A stretch of DNA of 64,000 bases, taken from positions 553,794 through 617,793 of the forward strand of contig CAVQNG010000003.1 in NCBI GenBank assembly GCA_963713825.1, in the 5' to 3' direction. The translations under genes were made by a program, and so were the position numbers. Under the pieces are notes generated by a model. That model saw nothing but the letters and a program-made list of their open reading frames with translations, searched no databases and was not told the DNA's origin. This DNA comes from an uncultured Acidobacteriota bacterium (GTDB lineage: Bacteria > Acidobacteriota > Thermoanaerobaculia > Multivoradales > JAHEKO01). Below, piece after piece: positions 56,946-64,000 of the stretch (its first letter is position 1; the number at the start of each line of letters is the position of its first letter).

Positions 56946-57811
56946 ATGCAAGAGATGTTCTCGAAGCGATGGTTCCGAATCCTCATTGGCGTTCTGGCCG
57001 TGTTGGCGTCGGTGTTCATGGGCCGCTATCAGCGCCAGACAGGGCCTACGTATCCGGTTCCCGTGAGTGAAGAGCTCGCCGGTTCGAGCATCTCCGGCAA
57101 ACTGATACGCACCCACGGCGGGGCAGGAGATGCCCATGTCACGTTGAGCGTCGCGTCCTCCACAGCCGAGGGTGAGGTTCTCTGGCGACGCTATCCCACC
57201 AACGAGGATTGGGGCCGGCTCCCCATGCAGCGCGAGGGGGGGAGCTCGCGGCAGACCTGCCTCATCAGATCCCAGCAGCGAAGCTCGAATACTCCGTGCG
57301 ACTGACCGACAGTGGGCAGGAGGTAGTCCTCCCGCACGGCGAGACGGCAGTCATCCGCTTCCGTGATGACGTACCGGCCTGGGTTCTCATACCTCACATC
57401 ATTTTCATGTTCGTATCCCTGGCCATCGTCTTCAGGGCAGCGTTTGGTGCTTTGCTGGGGGAGGACAACGTACGCCGCTTCATTCCCTGGGCTCTCGGAT
57501 TCCTGCTGCCGGGGGGATTCCTGCTGGGGCCCCTCGTTCAGAAGTTTGCCTTCGACGCTTACTGGACGGGCTGGCCCTTTGGTGGCGACTGGACCGACAA
57601 CAAGACACTCGCCGCACTGGTAGCCTGGTTGATCGCCTGGTACATCTGCCGGCAATGGCCTCGCTTCGAACGACTCGCCATCCTCTTTGCCTCCGTCGTC
57701 ATGCTGGGGGTCTATCTGATTCCCCACAGCATTCACGGCAGCGAGCTGGATTGGTCCCAAATGGAAGCGGTAGCAACCGAGCCAGCCCCCGAGGCGGCCG
57801 ACGGAGGCTAG
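56946..57811 (+). pseudogene. Membrane protein gene split by a frameshift in a G7 run (or an assembly error)
   Basis: Track ORFs 56946..57305 and 57209..57811 overlap in different frames. Adding one G to the G7 run at 57236-57242 joins ...RLPMQREGG to ELAADLPHQIPAAKLEYSV... into one ORF of about 289 codons, with an N-terminal TM helix and a multi-TM C-terminal half. Confidence 0.65.
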
Positions 57812-57848
57812 ACACAGATTCGCTGTTGCAAGGCGTCAGGATCTCGAG

Positions 57849-57950
57849 ACCCCTACGCCCTGAAGCCCCTGAGCCTCTATTGCCCAGGACCCAAGCCCTC
57901 AAGGACCGGCCGAGACAAAGTCCGGCCGCCTCAACCCCCAAGCCCTCATT
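57849..57950. repeat. Intergenic mosaic repeat, family R1 (locus 8)
   Basis: CCCCTACGCCCTGAAGCCCCTGAGCC tract, CAAGCCCTCAAGG, hairpin CCGGCC-N10-GGCCGG-like (GACCGGCCGAGACAAAGTCCGGCCGC) and CCTCAACCCCCAAGCCCTCA. It lies between convergent genes. Confidence 0.7.
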
Positions 57951-57953
57951 GCC

Positions 57954-59501
57954 TCAGTGCTTGTGCACGTCCTTGTGCATCAGGCGCCGGCTGGCCTTCA
58001 GGCGCTCACCGGCGGGTAGAGCCTTCAATCGGGCATTGAGCCCTTCATCGGACTCACCTTCGAGCTTGCCGATCACGAGATCGATGAGGCGAGGCGACAA
58101 ACCCCGTGCCTCGAAGAACTCCCGATTCTCGCCAAGGCTACGAGCGGCGGCCACGGCGCTTGCCGGTAGCTGGTCCAGAGAGTCTCCTGCTTCCGGTGTC
58201 TCAGCCCTGCCGTCGCTGACTTCGAGCTGGCGAGCCAGATCCTCCGACTCGGCCGATGAAAGTCCCTCTTCGACACAGAGAGTCACGGCAGCCAAAAGGA
58301 GCTGCGAGAAAGCACTTCCATCTGGGCTTCGATACTCCACCGTCGTCCGCGCCAGGCTCTCGGGGTAAGAACCGGTTTCTGCCGAGTTCGTGACCTGATC
58401 CAAGCGACCCTCGGTGGCGAAATCGAGGGGAACTCGGATGAGACTCGTGCGATTCCGCTCTCCCCAGCAGACGTTGGTCGGCGCTTCCTGTCCCGGTACC
58501 AGTCGCAGATAGCTCGCCGCCACGGTGTTACCGAAGGCCGTCAGCGGTGCCGCTCTCTCGAGCAAGCCGCCGATCATGCGGAGAGATTCTCCTGAGAGCT
58601 CGCCACCAGCATCGCGCATGACGCTCTCACCAGACCGCTGTAAGGCCAGGTGAAGGTGCAGACCGCTGCCAGCCATGCCCTGATCCAGTTTCGGCACGTA
58701 GGTCACCGACGCATCGTGGCGATCGGCGATCACCCTGACCAACCAACGCGTGACGGCCAGCCAGCAGGCCAGGTCCTCGACCGGCATGAGGTCGAACTCC
58801 AACTCGTACTGCTCTACTCTGCGGCCATCGAGCTCGGCCTCCTCGGACTCCAAACGATCGATGTAGCCCACCTCGCTGTGGCAGTACTTGACCTTGCCGG
58901 AAACAGCCGACGCCACACGCAGGATCTCGTCGGCCACGGTATGACCATGCAAGTAGGGCGCACTCTGGTGATAGTTGCGCTGCGATTTGCCGGTGAACCT
59001 GTCGTCGGATCGCTCGAGGACCAGGTAGAACTCCAGCTCGGCCAGGGCCTCCAATTCGAGGCCGGTCCTGTTGCGTAGGCGCTCGGCCGCGGTCACCACG
59101 ACATTGTCAGGTGTGCTGACACAGGGTTGCCCCCGATGGTCGACGAAGCGACAGACGATGTCCAGCTCATCGTCGGCGAAGGGGTTCAAGAAGGCCCAGC
59201 GATAGACCGGCACGGCGTAAAGATCACTCTCCCCAGTGGGGAAGAGCCCGGGGAAGAGACTCGACCCATCGACGCGCTCACCACCCGCCAGGATCCGCTC
59301 GAGGTATGCACGGTTGTTCACCGGCAACCTCAACTCCCTCAGCTTGCCGTCGAACGAGGTGTAGCGGAAGTTCACCACCTGAATGCCATCGGCCAGGCAG
59401 AGCTCCAGCAGATCGGAGCGCTGCCATTGCTCCGGAGGCTTACCCAGCCGGCGTACCAGAGGCCGGATATCCCACGTCAGATCCCCTGATTTCGATTCCA
59501 T
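57954..59501 (-). CDS. Glutamine synthetase family protein
   Basis: I take the start at MESKSGDL (ATG 59501, five nt after GGTGGAGA). Has a beta-grasp N-terminal segment (VNFRYTSFDGKLRELRLPV), GSGLHLHLAL and YLRLVPGQEAPTNVCWGERNRTSLIRVP, which fits the GS signature Y.RLVPG.EAP....W...NR...IR.P. Confidence 0.8.
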   Translation of the reverse strand: MESKSGDLTWDIRPLVRRLGKPPEQWQRSDLLELCLADGIQVVNFRYTSFDGKLRELRLPVNNRAYLERILAGGERVDGSSLFPGLFPTGESDLYAVPVYRWAFLNPFADDELDIVCRFVDHRGQPCVSTPDNVVVTAAERLRNRTGLELEALAELEFYLVLERSDDRFTGKSQRNYHQSAPYLHGHTVADEILRVASAVSGKVKYCHSEVGYIDRLESEEAELDGRRVEQYELEFDLMPVEDLACWLAVTRWLVRVIADRHDASVTYVPKLDQGMAGSGLHLHLALQRSGESVMRDAGGELSGESLRMIGGLLERAAPLTAFGNTVAASYLRLVPGQEAPTNVCWGERNRTSLIRVPLDFATEGRLDQVTNSAETGSYPESLARTTVEYRSPDGSAFSQLLLAAVTLCVEEGLSSAESEDLARQLEVSDGRAETPEAGDSLDQLPASAVAAARSLGENREFFEARGLSPRLIDLVIGKLEGESDEGLNARLKALPAGERLKASRRLMHKDVHKH

Positions 59502-59831
59502 TTTTGTCTCCACCCGAGCGAGCTTAGCAGGGTGGTTCATATTTCTGCAGCGCGGCATCCCACATTCTTGAATCTGCACCAGCCCATGAAAGTCACCACC
59601 ATAAGTTGCTTCTTTACAGCTATTTACACTCCCATCTCTCGATGGGCCGGCGACAGGGTCCGTCACTTCGGAGGAGAAATTCTTCAAGATTCTGCACCTG
59701 CACTAGGAAGTTCCAGTCACCTGAATCCCTGGGTACACGCTTCACGAAATTGAATCCGTGTCCCGAATCGTCAATGTTCCTCTTGCTCCTCAGCCAGATG
59801 CGGCCAGTCGTTCGCTCGAGCTTTCGGCGTT

Positions 59832-59846
59832 TGGCACCCTCCTTGC
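59832..59846 (+). promoter_or_regulatory. Sigma-54 (-24/-12) promoter candidate upstream of the giant OMP gene
   Basis: TGGCAC-CCTCC-TTGCT is an exact match to TGGCAC-N5-TTGCW. It sits about 110 nt upstream of the ATG at 59956, in a visibly less GC-rich intergenic region. Confidence 0.55.
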
Positions 59847-59955
59847 TCTAGGCCCACCTGACGAGAGCGATTCACAGCGCGCAGATCCACGTGGAGTTCC
59901 GTTCTCGCGAGCAGCACGCAGCCACATCGATCCAACTACCCAAGGAGGATCACCC

Positions 59956-62900
59956 ATGAGAACAAACAGATGGTTATGGCCGCTAGCGTTGGCATTTGCA
60001 CTACTGCTGAGCACAGCGGCAATCACAAATGCACAAGAGGAGACCGGGAACATTTACGTCCAGGTCACCGACACCGCAGGACAAACTCTGCCAGGCGCCA
60101 GTGTTGAAATGGTGGGTGGCGGAGCGCCCAGACTCGGGATCACCAGCGCGCAGGGTGAAACGCGTTTCCTCGGTCTGGCCCCAGGCAATTACAGCCTGAA
60201 GGCCACCCTGGACGGTTTCTCCACCGTTGAGTACCCGAACGTCAACGTCAGGGTCGGCCGTAACACCACGATCCAGGTGCAGCTCAGTGCTGCCATTGGT
60301 GAGGTGATCACGGTGACTTCTGAGAGCCCACTGTTGGATGAGCGCCGGCTCACCGCCGGTACCACGATCAGTCAGGTCGAGCTCGAGAGCATTCCGAGCG
60401 CGCGTGACCCGTGGGCCATCGTGCAGCAGGCTCCCGGAGTCATGACCGACCGCATCAACGTCGGTGGTAACGAGAGCGGCCAGCAGGCCGTCTTCCGTGG
60501 CCAGGCCAACAACGGCGACGAGAACGACTTTCTTGTCGACGGTGTCCAGATCACGGACATGTCCGCCATCGGCTCCTCACCGACCTACTACGACTTCGAC
60601 CAGTTCTCCGAGATTCAGCTGGCAACCGGTGGTCCCGATGTAAGCAAGGGCGCAGCCGGTGTCTCGGTCAATATGGTCACCAAGCGTGGTACCAACGAGT
60701 TCCGCGGCACGGCACGCTTTCTGCTGACGGATGCCGCTGGTTACTTCGGCGCGCTCGAAGCCGCGGATCCGGGTTACTCGGACAGCGACCTCGGACCGGG
60801 CCAGGACAACTACTCCGGTGACACGGTCGATCGGATTCAGGAATTCGGCTTCGAGGCCGGTGGTCCGGCGTGGCGGGATCGCGTCTGGCTGTGGGCTTCG
60901 TGGGGTCAGAACGACATCAATCGGATCGTCGGTAGTGGCCAGTCCGACCGCACGATCCTCGAGGGCACCGCGGTCAAGTTGAACGCCCAGTTCACCGCGG
61001 CCAACTCCTTCGTTGCCTCCTTCAACAACGGCGACAAGGTCAAGTTCGGCCGTGGTGCGTCGCCGGACAACGATCCGTCGTCGACCCGTAACCAGCGTGG
61101 TCCGACGGGGATCACCAAACTCGAGGACACGCACGTCTTCGGCTCGAACCTGTTCCTGACCGGTCAGTACTCCTTCGTCGATGGCGGTTTCTCGCTGACG
61201 GCGCTGGGCGGCTCAGGCCCAGACCTTCCCGCGATTCCGTTCCCTGGCGGCGAAAAGTACACCAACGGCGACGGTTTCGTGACCAACAACTCTACCGGCG
61301 GCAACAGCCGTCCGACCGAGGAGTTCAAGATCGACGGTTCCTACTTCTTCACCACCTCGAGCTTGAACCACGAGATCAAGTTTGGTGGTCGAACGCGCGA
61401 AGCCTCGACCGAGAGCGCCTGGTCGTATCCTGGCCGCAACATCTTCCACTACGACGGCACCTATGCCGGCGTGGCGGGCGACAGGGAACTCGGTGCCTCG
61501 CTCGGACTGCCTGTGGCCCGTGCGGACGACTACGCTGCGGTCTACGCCTACCGTCAGGGTCCCGTACCTGTCATCACGAACTACGATTCGTTGTGGGTGC
61601 AGGACACGATGACGATGGGCTCCTGGACCTTCAACGTCGGCTTCCGTTGGGACGATCAGTCGGGTGAGAACACGGCTGGCGTCGTGGATGCCAACCTCGG
61701 CTTCCCGAATGAAATGCCGGCCCTCGACTTCGCGGGCAACAACGCCGACGGCCTCAACTGGTCGAGTATCACTCCTCGCCTGGGTGTCACTTACGCCCTC
61801 GGTGAGGAGCGCAAGACACTCATCCGCGGTAGCTTCTCGCAGTTCCCGGATGTCATGTCGTTGACCAACATCAGCCGCGTGAACCCCTTGTCCGGACAGT
61901 TGGCGTACATCGTCTTCGTCGACGATCCGGCTGGTTTCCCGGGCTTTTACGATGACGGCGAACAGTACGCAGTGGCAGCCGGCTACTGGGGCTACAACCC
62001 GAACGACCCGGCGGCTCTGTCGTCCTCGAACAAGAACGATCCGGGCATGGATGCTCCGCTCACCAACGAGTTGATCCTTGGTGCCGAGCATGCCTTCCTG
62101 CCTGAGTTCGTGGTCAGCGGTACCCTCACCTGGCGTAAGGTCACGGATGTACAGGACTTCCAGCGGTTGTTCACGCCGCTCGGCAACGACAACGCGACAC
62201 CGCAGACGATTCCGGCCAGCGAGTACATCACGGACCCGACACCACTCGTGATCACGATCCCGGGTATTGGCGGCCCTGCTGCAACCGAGTCGTATACCAC
62301 CTACTCGGCGGATCCGTCGAAATGGAACTACACAGGTGGTCAGCTGTTCACCAACGGTGATCGTGAGATCGACTACCTCGGTGCAACCATCGGCTTCACG
62401 AAGCGACTGGCGAACCAGTGGATGATGCGTGGCTACGTCCAGTACAACTTCGACGAGTCCTGGAGCGTGCCGGGTAGCTACTTCAACAACAACGATCCCA
62501 ACCGAGTGCTGCCTGGTGTGGCGTCCGGTGCTGTCATCGATGGCTCGACCTACGTCATCCAGTCGACCGGTTCCGGCCGCGACGAGTCCTGGCTGCAATC
62601 GGAATGGGGTTGGAACTTGAACGGCATGTACCAGGTGGCGCCCGACAGGCCCTGGGGCTTCAACGTCGCCGCCAACATGACCGGCCGTCAGGGCTATCCG
62701 ATTCCGTACTACCGGAACAGAACCGGTCTGGACGGAATTTCACGGTCGATTCAGGCTGCACAGAACATCGACGACTATCGCATGGACGATCTGTTCTCGA
62801 TGGATATGCGGCTCGAGAAAGAGTTCAGGACGGCGGGCAACCTCGGCCTGACCTTCTCGATCGACGCCTTCAATATCTTCAACAACGGCGTCGTGCTGGA

Positions 62901-62997
62901 CCGCAACCGCAACACCACCTCCGGCAACGTGGGGTGGATCAGTACCTCGCTGGCACCGCGGGTCTTCCGACTCGGTGTCCGCTTGAACTGGCGGTAA
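59956..62997 (+). CDS. Large outer-membrane beta-barrel protein with N-terminal carboxypeptidase-regulatory-like domain (TonB-dependent-receptor-like)
   Basis: I take the start at MRTNRWLWPLALAFALLLSTAAITNAQ after AAGGAGGA. GNIYVQVTDTAGQTLPGASVEMVGGG...GNYSLKATLDGF is CarboxypepD_reg-like. A plug-like segment follows (VTSESPLLD...GVMTDRINVGGNESGQ), and the C-terminal strand is VFRLGVRLNWR. Confidence 0.8.
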   Translation: MRTNRWLWPLALAFALLLSTAAITNAQEETGNIYVQVTDTAGQTLPGASVEMVGGGAPRLGITSAQGETRFLGLAPGNYSLKATLDGFSTVEYPNVNVRVGRNTTIQVQLSAAIGEVITVTSESPLLDERRLTAGTTISQVELESIPSARDPWAIVQQAPGVMTDRINVGGNESGQQAVFRGQANNGDENDFLVDGVQITDMSAIGSSPTYYDFDQFSEIQLATGGPDVSKGAAGVSVNMVTKRGTNEFRGTARFLLTDAAGYFGALEAADPGYSDSDLGPGQDNYSGDTVDRIQEFGFEAGGPAWRDRVWLWASWGQNDINRIVGSGQSDRTILEGTAVKLNAQFTAANSFVASFNNGDKVKFGRGASPDNDPSSTRNQRGPTGITKLEDTHVFGSNLFLTGQYSFVDGGFSLTALGGSGPDLPAIPFPGGEKYTNGDGFVTNNSTGGNSRPTEEFKIDGSYFFTTSSLNHEIKFGGRTREASTESAWSYPGRNIFHYDGTYAGVAGDRELGASLGLPVARADDYAAVYAYRQGPVPVITNYDSLWVQDTMTMGSWTFNVGFRWDDQSGENTAGVVDANLGFPNEMPALDFAGNNADGLNWSSITPRLGVTYALGEERKTLIRGSFSQFPDVMSLTNISRVNPLSGQLAYIVFVDDPAGFPGFYDDGEQYAVAAGYWGYNPNDPAALSSSNKNDPGMDAPLTNELILGAEHAFLPEFVVSGTLTWRKVTDVQDFQRLFTPLGNDNATPQTIPASEYITDPTPLVITIPGIGGPAATESYTTYSADPSKWNYTGGQLFTNGDREIDYLGATIGFTKRLANQWMMRGYVQYNFDESWSVPGSYFNNNDPNRVLPGVASGAVIDGSTYVIQSTGSGRDESWLQSEWGWNLNGMYQVAPDRPWGFNVAANMTGRQGYPIPYYRNRTGLDGISRSIQAAQNIDDYRMDDLFSMDMRLEKEFRTAGNLGLTFSIDAFNIFNNGVVLDRNRNTTSGNVGWISTSLAPRVFRLGVRLNWR

Positions 62998-63030
62998 GTC
63001 GTCCATTCAAACCAGGCCACACGCTTCACC

Positions 63031-63062
63031 GCCGGGGGGGCAACTCCCCGGCGCTTTTTGTT
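63031..63062 (+). terminator. Rho-independent terminator after the OMP gene
   Basis: GCCGGGG-GGGCAACT-CCCCGGC is followed by GCTTTTTGTT. A second perfect hairpin GCCTAGCC-GAT-GGCTAGGC follows at 63067-63085. Confidence 0.75.
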
Positions 63063-63088
63063 CCCGCCTAGCCGATGGCTAGGCAGTC

Positions 63089-63241
63089 AAGGGTTGAGGC
63101 GTCCGGTCGTTCCTTCCGGACGATCTATGAGGGCTTGGGGGTTGAACCGGCCGCACTCCGTGTCGGCCGGCCTTTGGGGCTTGGGGGAACAGCCGACAAA
63201 CAACCCTCGCGCCCCTACTGTCCTATGCCCTTACGCCCCCC
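63089..63241. repeat. Intergenic mosaic repeat, family R1 (locus 9)
   Basis: Two hairpin units of about 46 bp (GGGTTGAGGCGTCCGG...CCGGACGATCTATGAGGGCTT and GGGGGTTGAACCGGCCG...CGGCCGGCCTTTGGGGCTT), then CCCCTACTGTCCTATGCCCTTACGCCCCCC. It directly abuts R2 copy 3. Confidence 0.75.
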
Positions 63242-63252
63242 TTGGTGCCAAA

Positions 63253-63414
63253 GGTTCGTCCGGGTGGTTCGGCAGGGGGGGCTCGACAAGCGCAGCGCAA
63301 GAGCCGTCGAAGTTCACGGCCCATCCGGCGCGCCGGAGAGCGCAGGTGGCGGCCAAACCCGTCAAAGCCTGAGTAGCCGACGCCGTCCCCCGGCGAACCA
63401 CCTGGGCGCGGACC
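63253..63414. repeat. MITE-like element, family R2 (copy 3)
   Basis: Left end GGTTCGTCCGGGTGGTTCG, right end CGAACCACCTGGGCGCGGACC. Internal blocks are CTCGACAAGCGCAGCGCAAGAGCC, CAGGTGGCGGCC and CTGAGTAGCCGACGCCGTCCCC. Confidence 0.75.
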
Positions 63415-63506
63415 CCCACTACCAGTTTCTCGATAGGATCAAGTGGACCGATCAGCGTCCCAACAGACGCTTTCAGCTCACCAGCATCTGATCGAGGAGT
63501 CACCCC

Positions 63507-64000
63507 ATGTCCGACCCCCGTCACACCAAGCTGTCCGAGATCCTGGTCCACTACTCCTGCGAACTGAAGGAGGGAGACAAGGTCCTCATCGAGGCCGTCG
63601 ACATCCCGCACGCCTTCACCACCGAGCTCATCCGTGCCGCTAGCGAGGCCGGAGCCCAGCCCTTCGTGACGCTCAAGAACCAGTCGGTCTGGCGAGCGTT
63701 GCAGCTGGCTGGCAGCGAGCCGCAGATGCAGCTCATCGCCGAGATCGAAGCCAAACGCATGGCGGAAATGGATGCCTACATCGGTGTGCGGGGCACCGAC
63801 AATGTCTCCGAGTGGTCCGACATCCCGACTGACAAGATGGGTCTCTATGAGTCCAACGTCTGGAAGAAGGTCCACATCGACATCCGCGTACCCGACACCC
63901 GGTGGGTCGTGCTGCGTTGGCCCAGCCCTTCGATGGCGCAGCTGGCTCAGATGTCGACGGAGAGCTTCGAGAACTTCTACTTCGACGTCTGCAACATCGA
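63507..64000 (+). CDS. M29-family aminopeptidase (AmpS/PepS-like), N-terminal part; runs off the right edge
   Basis: Not in the ORF track because it has no stop inside the window. ATG 63507 lies seven nt after GAGGAG. MSDPRHTKLSEILVHYSCELKEGDKVLIEAVDIP...YIGVRGTDNVSEWSDIP...TRWVVLRWPSPSMAQLAQMSTESFENFYFDVC matches the M29 N-terminal pattern. Confidence 0.75.
   Translation, partial: MSDPRHTKLSEILVHYSCELKEGDKVLIEAVDIPHAFTTELIRAASEAGAQPFVTLKNQSVWRALQLAGSEPQMQLIAEIEAKRMAEMDAYIGVRGTDNVSEWSDIPTDKMGLYESNVWKKVHIDIRVPDTRWVVLRWPSPSMAQLAQMSTESFENFYFDVCNI

Noticed and set aside
59570-59710. NtrC-type enhancer sites (TGCACC half-sites) upstream of the sigma-54 promoter
   Set aside because: Only isolated half-sites are present. 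There is no TGCACC-N5-GGTGCA palindrome, so I mention it only as context in the sigma-54 finding.
61213-62598. 461-aa minus-strand ORF
   Set aside because: It is antisense to the giant OMP gene, whose + frame shows a signal peptide, a CarboxypepD_reg-like domain and a beta-barrel C-terminus. It is a shadow ORF.
63089-63190. CRISPR-like appearance of the hairpin units of about 46 bp (also at 8443-8520 and 14198-14290)
   Set aside because: There are only two or three units per locus. The units are imperfect, there are no unique spacers of constant length and no cas genes in the window. The pattern is better explained as REP/BIME-like mosaic repeats.
63231-63875. 214-aa minus-strand ORF
   Set aside because: It is antisense to the M29 aminopeptidase N-terminus and extends into the R2 repeat. 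The + frame has a good RBS and family-typical sequence.

Overview
GC-rich bacterial chromosomal segment with a strong G/C preference at third codon positions. This produces many long antisense shadow ORFs in the supplied track. Gene content is mostly housekeeping and envelope or signalling functions. A GWxTD-like protein, a CarboxypepD_reg-type giant outer-membrane barrel and an ExeM/NucH nuclease fit an Acidobacteriota-like organism, but that is inference only. Recognisable genes: a partial PAS sensor, SMUG1-type uracil-DNA glycosylase, a PAS-GGDEF-EAL protein, GTP-PEPCK, an AmmeMemoRadiSam radical SAM enzyme and a 1337-aa secreted nuclease. Further genes: PCD/DCoH, an ECF sigma factor, tRNA-Asn, mutS2-dnaG-rpoD preceded by rpsU, Slt, tRNA-Met(CAT), RNase HI and YggS. 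Also present: an AbiEii-like nucleotidyltransferase pair, HutI, a Wzm/Wzt-type ABC exporter, WS/DGAT, a P1B-type ATPase and a 5'-3' exonuclease. The right-hand part holds an M48 peptidase, a CHASE2 adenylate/guanylate cyclase, an MscS-cNMP channel, an SLC13 permease, a glutamine synthetase-family enzyme and a partial M29 aminopeptidase. I re-picked several start codons using RBS, signal-peptide and terminator evidence. I do not see a complete, convincing novel multi-gene system such as a defence island, CRISPR array or prophage. The structure that ordinary gene annotation does not explain is as follows. (1) Two interspersed intergenic repeat families: a modular G-tract plus GC-hairpin mosaic at nine loci, and a roughly 160-180 bp MITE-like element with 19-bp terminal inverted repeats at three loci, each abutting the first family. 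(2) A near-identical 3 x 642 bp tandem duplication encoding an unrecognised domain at the N-terminus of the nuclease. (3) A 28-codon membrane ORF ending in TGA, followed by a hairpin whose GGUC loop sits at the spacing I recall for the E. coli fdhF SECIS. (4) A G7 homopolymer frameshift that splits a membrane-protein gene. (5) A cyclase gene convergent with a cNMP-gated MscS channel gene. (6) A consensus sigma-54 promoter between a GS-family gene and the giant outer-membrane protein gene. All functional calls come from motif recognition by eye; no searches were run.
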